From assembly GCF_004010195.1 (NCBI RefSeq), contig NC_057752.1, positions 16,241,610 through 16,283,409 on the forward strand: a DNA stretch of 41,800 nucleotides, given 5' to 3'. A program made the position numbers and the translations under genes. Below, one piece after another: positions 33,955 to 41,800 of the stretch. This DNA comes from Chiloscyllium plagiosum. Taxonomy: Eukaryota. Under the pieces are notes generated by a model, which was not told the origin of the DNA, made no database searches, and saw only the letters and a list, made by a program, of their open reading frames with translations. Position 1 is the first letter of the stretch. Each line of letters opens with the position of its first letter.

Positions 33955-34870
33955 GGGCGGGTCTGTTGGAGTTATAACCATGTAAGGGCGGGTTTGCTGT
34001 AGTTATAACCAGGTACGGGCGGGGCTGCTAGAGTTATAACCAGGTACGGGCGGGTCTGTTGGAGTTATAACCATGTAAGGGCGGGTTTGCTGTAGTTATA
34101 ACCAGGTACGGGCGGGGCTGCTAGAGTTATAACCAGGTACGGGCGGGTCTGTTGGAGTTATAACCATGTAAGGGCGGGTTTGCTGTAGTTATAACCAGGT
34201 ACGGGCGGGGCTGCTAGAGTTATAACCAGGTACGGGCGGGTCTGTTGGAGTTATAACCATGTAAGGGCGGGTTTGCTGTAGTTATAACCAGGTACGGGCG
34301 GGGCTGCTAGAGTTATAACCAGGTACGGGCGGGTCTGTTGGAGTTATAACCATGTAAGGGCGGGTTTGCTGTAGTTATAACCAGGTACGGGCGGGGCTGC
34401 TAGAGTTATGACCAGGTACGGGCGGGTCTGCTGGAGATATAACCAGGTACGGGCGGGGCTGTTACTGTTATAACCAGGTACGGGCGGGTCTGTTGGAGTT
34501 ATGACCAGGTACGGGCGGGGCTGTTGGAGATATAACCAGGTACGGGCGGGGCTGCTGGAGTTATAACCAGGTACGGGCGGGGCTGCTAGAGTTATAACCA
34601 GTTACGGGTGGGGCTGCTGGAGTTATAACCAGGTACCGGCGGGGCTGCTGGAGTTATAACCAGTTACGGGCGGGGCTGCTGGAGTTATAACCAGGTACCG
34701 GCGGGGCTGCTGGAGTTATAACCAGTTACGGGCGGGGCTGCTGGAGTTATAACCAGTTACGGGTGGGGCTGCTGGAGTTATAACCAGGTACGGGCGGGGC
34801 TGCTAGAGTTATAACCAGGTACGGGCGGGGCTGCTGGAGTTATAACCAGGTTCTGGTGGGGCTGCTGGAG
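33955..34870. repeat. Related 31 bp minisatellite (type 2) with a 93 bp higher-order repeat in its first half
   Basis: Unit GTTATAACCAGGTACGGGCGGGGCTGCTGGA; a three-monomer pattern repeats about 5 times at ~33955-34420. Confidence 0.95.
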
Positions 34871-34942
34871 TGCTGACTGGTTTTCTCTGAGTGCAGAGTC
34901 CAGAACTTGTCTCTCAACTCACTTTTGGTTTTCCTGCTGTTT

Positions 34943-34996
34943 CCTGACCCTGACCCTGACCCTGACCCTGACCCTGACCCTGACCCTGACCCTGAC
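34943..34996. repeat. (CCTGAC)9 hexamer microsatellite
   Basis: Direct count; reads (TCAGGG)n / (GGGTCA)n on the minus strand. Confidence 0.95.
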
Positions 34997-35139
34997 CTGG
35001 AACGTTATTGTCTGAGTGAGCTTCCGCAGCCTGGCCAGAACCCCAAGTACAAACGTCTTCTTCCATTCACATTCGAGCGAGCATCATCTTGACCATAGTC
35101 ACGTCTGCTTGGGACTGTGCACATCAGTGACTATCCCAC

Positions 35140-35855
35140 ATCTATCTGATATGATTTGTTACTGTCACAGTGAAAAGCTCTGATTTGTGCTCAGTACGGG
35201 CAGACCATACAATGCAAAGATCATAGGGTGAGAAAATAGAGCGAGGAGAACAATCTTCCTGGTGCAGAGAAGGTGCACAAAGAGCAGATCAACATTAAAT
35301 TTAAAATTTGAGAGGTCCATTCTGAAGTCTAACACCAGCGGGAAGAAGCTGCTCTTGAACCTGCTGGTACCTGTGTGTAAGCTTTTGTGTCTTCTGTGTG
35401 ATGGAAGAGATTGGAAGAGATTCTAACCGGGGTGAAGGGGTCTTTGATGACGCTGGCTGTGTTCACAACTCTCTGTAGTTTCATATGGACCCAGGCAGAG
35501 CAGTCGCATAACAGACCATTATGCATCCAGACAATATGCTTTCCATCGTGCGTCTGTAAACACTGTTGTGCCTTCTTGACCATTGCATCAATGTGGGTGG
35601 ACCAGGACAGATTGCTGGTGATAGTCACTCCTAGGAACTTGATGCTTTCGACCTCCTGGATTCTGATGTCAATGACCAGCTCTTTAGGTTTGCTGACATT
35701 GAGGGAGAGATTGTTAGCTTAGTACCATGTTGCCAAGCACTCACTCTTTCTTGCATTCTGTCTAGACATTGTCTGGCCGACAACAATGGTGTCATCAGCG
35801 AACTTGTAGATGCAGTTCAGACAAAATTTGGCCACAAAGTCGTGAGTGTACAAGG
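35140..35855 (-). mobile_element. Rex1/Babar-like LINE RT fragment
   Basis: KFADDTIVVG, ITSNLSWSTHIDAMVKKAQQ, KLQRVVNTASVI; frameshifted. Confidence 0.75.
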
Positions 35856-35859
35856 AAGT

Positions 35860-37895
35860 ACATGGAACATTACAGCACGATACAGGCCCTTCAGCCCTCA
35901 ATGCTGCACTGACCTGTGAAATGAATCAGAAGCCCATCTAACCTACACTATTCCATTCCCATCCATGTTTATCCAGTGACCACTGAAATGCCCTTAAAGT
36001 TGGCGAGTCTACTACTGTTACAGGCAGTGAGTTCCACACCCTTACTACTGAGTAAAGAAACTCCCTCTGACATCTGTCCTATATCTATCACCATCAATTT
36101 AAAGCTGTGTCCCCTGGTGCTAGCCATTGCCATCTGAGGAAAAAGGCTCTCCCTGTCCACCCTATCTAACCCTCTGATTATCTTATGTCTCAAGTCACCT
36201 CTCAACCTTCTCTCTCACGAAAACAGCCTCGAGTCCCTCAGCCTTTCCTTGCAAGACCTTCCCTCCATACCAGGCAACATCCTGGTAAATCTCCTCTGAG
36301 CCATTTCCAAAGTTTCCACATCCTTCTTATAATGCTGTGACCAGAACTCTACACAATACTCCAAGTGCAGCCACACCAGAGTTTTGTACAGCTGTAGCAT
36401 AACCTCATGGTTCAGAAACTCGATCCCTCCACCAATAACAAGTAACACACAGTATGCCTTCTTTATAACCCTATCAACCTGGGTGGCAACTTTCAGGGAT
36501 CCCTCTGCTCATCTACACTACCAAGAATCTTACCATTAGCCCAGTACTCTGCATTCCTGTTACTCCTTCCAAAGTGAATCACCTCACACTTTTCCGCATT
36601 AAACTCCATTTGCCACCTCTCAGCCCAGCTCTGCAGCTTATCTATGTCCCTCTGTAACCTACAACATCCTTCGACACTGTCCACAACTCCACTGACCTTC
36701 GGGTCATCTGCAAATTTACTAACCCATCCTTCTACGCCCTCATCCAGGTCATTTATAAAAATGACAAACTGCAGTGGCCCCAAAACAGATCCTTGTGATA
36801 CACCACTAGCAACTGATCTCCAGGATGAACATTTCCCATCAACCACCACCCTCTGTCTTCTTCCAGCTAGCCAATTTCTGATCCAAACCGCTAAACCACC
36901 CACAATCCCATGTCTCTGTATTTTGTGCAATAGCCTACCGTGGGGAACCTTATCAAACACCTTACGGAAATCCATATACACCACATCAACCATTTTACCC
37001 TTATCCACCTGTTTGGTCACCATCTCAAAGAATTCAATAAGGTTTATGAGGCATGACCTACCCTTCACAAAACCATATTGACTATCCCTAATCAATGTAT
37101 TCCACTCTTGATGATTATAAATCCTGTCTCTTATAACTTTTCCAACACTTTACCCACAACTGAAGTAAGGCTCACTGGTCTTTAATACCAGGGCTGTCCC
37201 TACTCCCCTTCTTGAACAGGGGAACCACATTTGCTATCCTCCAGTCTTCTGGCACTATTCCTGTAGACAATGACAACATAAAGATCAAAGCCAAAGGCTC
37301 TGCTGTCTCCGCCTTGGCTTCCCAGAGAATCCGAGGATAAATCCCATCTGGCCCAGAGGACTTATCTATTTTCCCACTTTCCAGAATTGCTAACACCTCC
37401 TCCTCGTGAACCTCAGTCCCATCTGGTCTAGCAGCCTGTATCTCGGTATTCTCCTTGACAACATTGTTGTGTGAATACGGAGGAAAAATATTCATTTAGC
37501 GCTTCCACTATCTCCTCGGACTCCACGCACACCTTCCCATTACTATCCATGATTGGCCCCAAATCTTACTTTAGTTATTCTTTTATTCCTGATAATACCT
37601 ATAGAAAGCTTTAGAGTTTTCCTTGATCCGAACCACCAATGACTTCTCATGTCCTCTCCTGGCTCTTCTTAGCTCTCTCTTTAGATCTATCCTGACTAAC
37701 TTGTAACTCTCAATCACCCTGACTGAGCCTTCACATCTCATCCTAACATAAGCCTTCTTCCTCTTGACAAGCAATTCAACTTCCTTAGTGAACCACGGCT
37801 CCCTCACTCGATAACGTCGTCCCTGTCTGACAGGTACATACTTATCAAGGACACACAGTAGCTGTTCCTTGAATAAGTTTCACATTTCAATTGTA
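35860..37895 (-). mobile_element. CR1 LINE, ~2 kb of frameshifted ORF2 plus 3' end
   Basis: EPWFTKEV, KSSGPDGIYPRIL, PEDWRIANVVPLFKKG, SQYGFVKGRSCL, GVSQGSVLGP, KFADD, WQMEFNAEKCEVIHFG. Confidence 0.95.
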
Positions 37896-37994
37896 CAGTA
37901 CATGTGTAAAACAACCCAAACAACAAAAATATATTTTGTACAACTTCTATCCCACTGCATAAGTGGAAATTTGGAGTGAAGGTCAGGTCTGTGT

Positions 37995-38620
37995 CACTCT
38001 AAGTTGTTGGAGGGGAGTCTGATCGGATCTCCGTGCAGTTGGCGAGATAGGGAGTGATTAGCAATAGCCAGCTTGGCTTTGTGTGGAGAAAATCATGTCT
38101 CTCTAACTCGTTTGTGTTCTTCGGGATGTAACCAATACGATTATTGAGGGCAGAGCAATAGACGTTCTCTACATGGACTTTAGGAAAGCCTTTGACAAGG
38201 CTCCCCAACTCAGACTGGTTAGCAAAGTTAGATCAATGGGATTCAGGGAGAGCTCGCCAGTTGGATACATCATTGGCTTAACAGTAGAAGACAGAGGGTG
38301 GTGGTGGAGGGTTGTTTTTCAGACTGGAGGCCTGTGACCAGCGGAGTTCTGCAGGGATCAGTGTGTTCACTGCTGGGTCCACTTTGTCATTTATATAAAC
38401 AATTTGGATGAGAATTTCAGAGACATTCAGTAAGTTTGTGGATGACACCAGAATTGGTGGCGTATTCAACAATGAAGGAAGTTATCGAAGATTATAAAGG
38501 GATCTTGATCAATTGGGCTAATGGGCTGAGCAGTGGCAGGTTGAGCTGGATTTGGATAAACGCAAGGTGTTGTATTTTGGTAAAGACACACAAGGACAGG
38601 ATTTACACGGTGAATAAAAG
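37995..38620 (+). mobile_element. Degenerate CR1 RT fragment
   Basis: tacatggactttaggaaagcctttgacaagg (YMDFRKAFDK), aagtttgtggatgacacc (KFVDDT). Confidence 0.85.
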
Positions 38621-38801
38621 ATGAAAGATCTGTAAATGCTGTAAGTCAGAAATAAATACAGAAGTTGCTGGAAAAGCTCAGCAGGTCTGGCAGCACTTCC
38701 TTATACTTTCAGTCAATTCTGTGTCCAGACAGGCAGGTTTCCCTGGATCCCATGTCTCCTTACTTTCTGAATGAGCTTATCGTGGGGAACCTTATAAAAT
38801 G

Positions 38802-38912
38802 AACGAGGTAAAAACAATGACTGCAGATGCTGGAAACCAGATTCTGGATCAGTGGTGCTAAGCTCCTCGGATGCTGCCTGAATTGCTGTGCTCTTCCAGC
38901 ACCACTGATCCA
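38802..38912. mobile_element. 111 bp internally deleted family-A-like Penelope derivative with 15 bp TSD
   Basis: TSD GAACCTTATAAAATG at 38787-38801 and 38913-38927; internal inverted repeat ttctggatcagtggtgct / agcaccactgatccagaa. Confidence 0.75.
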
Positions 38913-38967
38913 GAACCTTATAAAATGCCTTGCTGAAATCCACATACACCACATCCACCACTCGATG

Positions 38968-39190
38968 TGGGAATCAGTTTAGCTCAGTTGGCTGGATTGT
39001 TGGTTTGCAGAGCAGTATGACACCAACAGTGCGGGTTCAATTCCCATCCTCGGTTTGAGGTTACCATGAAGGACTCTCCTTCTCAACCATTTCCCTTGCC
39101 TGAGCTCTGATGGCCCTCAGGTTAAATCAACACCAGTTGCTTCTCTCTAATGAGAGAACAGCCCCTATGGTCTGGTAAGACTATGGCAAC
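38968..39190 (+). mobile_element. tRNA-derived SINE of a family distinct from HE1
   Basis: tttagctcagttgg (A box) and gggttcaattccc (B box), inserted in a CR1 fragment. Confidence 0.75.
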
Positions 39191-39596
39191 ACAATATACC
39201 TTCATCAATGTGTTTTGTCACATGCTTAAAGAATTCAATAAAGTTTGTGAGGAATGACCTGCCCTATCTCTAAATAAACTATTCTTTTCCAAATAATCGT
39301 AAATCCTGTCTCTCAGAATCCGCTCCAATAATCTGCCCACCACTGACATAAGACTGATTGGTCTGTAATTCCCAGGATAATCCCTGTTCCCTTTCTTGTA
39401 CAAGAGAATAGCGTTTGTTTGTTGGGGACAGTGTCGAGAGAGAGTTCTTTTCAGTTTAGATGCAAGGAAGCAGCTTTACTCTTTAGTCATCCCATTCTGC
39501 CCCTACGCTGGGGGGTGCTAGATGGCACAATAATGTTTTGAATTGCCAAAGACTGTAGGGCTAGAGGGAGTTACAGAGGGAGGAGGGTTGTTGATG

Positions 39597-40885
39597 TATC
39601 ATAGAGATGCACAGCACAGAAACAGACTCTTCGGTCCAACCCAAATATCCCAAACCAATCTAGTCCCACCTGCCAGCACCCGGCCCATATCCCTCCAAGC
39701 CCTTCCTATCCATATACCCATCCAAATGCCTTTTAAATGCTGTAATTGTACCAGCCTCCACCACTTCCTCTGGCAGCTCATTCCATACACACACCACCCT
39801 CTCCATGAATAAGTTGCCCTTAAGTCCCTTTTAAATCTTTCCCCTCTCACCCTAAACCTATGCCCTCTAGTTTTGGACTCACACCCCCCCCCCCCCNNNN
39901 NNNNNNNNNNNNNNNNNNNNNNNNNNNNNNNNNNNNNNNNNNNNNNNNNNNNNNNNNNNNNNNNNNNNNNNNNNNNNNNNNNNNNNNNNNNNNNNNNNNN
40001 NNNNNNNNNNNNNNNNNNNNNNNNNNNNNNNNNNNNNNNNNNNNNNNNNNNNNNNNNNNNNNNNNNNNNNNNNNNNNNNNNNNNNNNNNNNNNNNNNNNN
40101 NNNNNNNNNNNNNNNNNNNNNNNNNNNNNNNNNNNNNNNNNNNNNNNNNNNNNNNNNNNNNNNNNNNNNNNNNNNNNNNNNNNNNNNNNNNNNNNNNNNN
40201 NNNNNNNNNNNNNNNNNNNNNNNNNNNNNNNNNNNNNNNNNNNNNNNNNNNNNNNNNNNNNNNNNNNNNNNNNNNNNNNNNNNNNNNNNNNNNNNNNNNN
40301 NNNNNNNNNNNNNNNNNNNNNNNNNNNNNNNNNNNNNNNNNNNNNNNNNNNNNNNNNNNNNNNNNNNNNNNNNNNNNNNNNNNNNNNNNNNNNNNNNNNN
40401 NNNNNNNNNNNNNNNNNNNNNNNNNNNNNNNNNNNNNNNNNNNNNNNNNNNNNNNNNNNNNNNNNNNNNNNNNNNNNNNNNNNNNNNNNNNNNNNNNNNN
40501 NNNNNNNNNNNNNNNNNNNNNNNNNNNNNNNNNNNNNNNNNNNNNNNNNNNNNNNNNNNNNNNNNNNNNNNNNNNNNNNNNNNNNNNNNNNNNNNNNNNN
40601 NNNNNNNNNNNNNNNNNNNNNNNNNNATCCTCTTTGTCACTTCTTCAAAAAACTCAACCAAGTTTGTGCGACATGATTTCCCATGCACAAAGCCATGTTG
40701 ACTATCCCTAATCAGTCCTTGCCTTTCCAAATACATGTCCATCCTGTCCCACAGGATTCCCTCCAACAACTTGCCCACCACCGAGGTCAGGCTCACTGGT
40801 CTATAGATCCCTGGCTTGTCTTTACCGTCCTTCTTAAACTGTGGCACCACGTTTGCCAACCTCCAGTCTTCTGGCACCTCACCTG
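39597..40885 (-). mobile_element. CR1 (HER1-like) LINE spanning an N-gap
   Basis: GEVPEDWRLANVVPQFKKDGKDKPGIYRPVSLTSVVGK...SQHGFVHGKSC; 3' end similar to 5828-5960. Confidence 0.92.
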
Positions 40886-41299
40886 TGTTCATTGCTCCTG
40901 CTCCAAACACACGTTCTGTCTGGCTTTCATGAAGAAATCAGGTCCCAGTGTGGATTGTCATTCTCTCTGCACCCCCTTCACTCTGTCTGCAACGTGTCTG
41001 ATCCATCAGAGTGCAGAGGCTGATGAGTTGTGTCCCCCAAGGGGGTAATTGAAATGAATGGCCTCACGGCAGCGTGCAGTACTGCAGGGAACCACCTGGT
41101 GTCACTGTTGGTCTGTTAGTTATCCTCCAGATTTTCCCAAATTGGATATTCAAGATCAAATTCCATTTCCGGTTTTGCAATAATTTATTGGAGCAAAGGG
41201 ACAGGAACAGGCCATTCAGCCTGCTGAGCCTTTCCCACCACTCTACCCAATCGCAGCTGATTAAACACCTTGATCAATGTTTCTTACCCCATCTTCGGG

Positions 41300-41375
41300 G
41301 ACAGTTTCCCACGGCCAATCCACCCTAACCTGCACATCCCGGGACACAGCCGAGACGGGAATCGAACCCGTGCCA
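41300..41375 (-). mobile_element. Truncated SINE fragment
   Basis: ggccaatccaccctaacctgcacatc and gggaatcgaacccg match the HE1-like copies. Confidence 0.6.
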
Positions 41376-41469
41376 CTAAATTACCTCCCTGTTTGTGTTT
41401 GAATTTAATTTCTGTCCAGTCGATGGGATGTGGAGGGTGGGGATCGAACCCCAGTTAGTGCAGAGTCCC

Positions 41470-41630
41470 GCAGGCTCCGAGCCCGGCGCTGATCCCACTC
41501 GGCCATCTCCCGGTTGGGAGCGAGCGCCGCTCGGGAAACGCCCCTTTAAGGTTCAGCCCCGCCCTTCCACCGCGTCAGCGGGGGCGGGGCTCACCGCCTG
41601 GCGCCACTTCCGGTGCGGTCCAAGATGGCG
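41470..41630 (+). promoter_or_regulatory. CpG-island, TATA-less housekeeping promoter of SPAG7
   Basis: CpG-rich. GC boxes at 41556-41564 (GCCCCGCCC) and 41581-41590 (GGGGCGGGGC), ETS/GABP site CCACTTCCGGT at 41604-41614, YY1 motif CAAGATGGCG overlapping the ATG at 41621-41630. Confidence 0.8.
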
Positions 41631-41709
41631 GACCTGCTCGGAACTATCCTGAGCTCAATGGAGAAACCTCCGAGTGTGGGCGACCAGGAGAGCCGGCGGC
41701 AGGCCCGGG
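41625..41709 (+). CDS. SPAG7: SPAG7 (sperm-associated antigen 7, R3H-domain protein) coding exon 1; the gene continues beyond the window
   Basis: caagATGG (good Kozak) encodes [28 protein letters not shown], followed by a G|gtgagc donor. Nearly identical to the vertebrate SPAG7 N-terminus as I recall it ([28 protein letters not shown]). Confidence 0.93.
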
Positions 41710-41800
41710 GTGAGCCCGGGAGAGGGGGCTGGGTCAGGGGCCGGGGGAGAGCGGGTGGGGGACGGTGCGGCCTGGGGGGGGGGGGAGGGCCGCACGGTCA

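Larger units (their letters stand above)
38705..39410 (-). mobile_element. CR1 RT fragment carrying two nested insertions
   Basis: YKKGNRDYPGNYRPISLMSVVG, VDVVYVDFSKAFYKV...PHDKLIQKVRRHGI. Confidence 0.88.

Noticed and set aside
36493..37095. 200-aa reverse transcriptase ORF as a functional or domesticated gene
   Set aside because: It is part of a frameshifted, 5'-truncated CR1 copy with substitutions in conserved motifs.
5844..40910. ORFs running through X stretches
   Set aside because: Artefacts of the N-gaps (5961-6432, 11891-12390, 25377-25862, 29012-29141, 30125-30624, 39897-40626).

Overview
Repeat-rich vertebrate genomic DNA, almost certainly from a shark or other elasmobranch (HE1-type V-SINEs, abundant CR1 LINEs), with six N-gaps. 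Two host genes can be read. (1) The last five coding exons of a lipoxygenase lie on the minus strand (26851->13396). They splice in frame through GT-AG sites to 247 aa with the HAAVN iron-ligand motif and a C-terminal Ile, and resemble ALOX15B/ALOXE3/ALOX12B. The upstream exons are not visible. (2) Coding exon 1 of SPAG7 and its CpG-island promoter lie at the right end on the plus strand. The rest is CR1/L2/Rex-type LINE fragments, tRNA-derived SINEs, a Tc1/pogo-type MITE and four large minisatellites, two of which generate the long spurious ORFs. The most interesting hidden layer is a set of Penelope-like retroelement (GIY-YIG) insertions in inverted arrangements. Their terminal repeats carry 13 minimal hammerhead-ribozyme motifs in five sequence families, six with an intact catalytic core, and several lie in the sense orientation of the lipoxygenase pre-mRNA. 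Exon, TSD and ribozyme coordinates were read base by base; LINE and SINE boundaries are approximate.
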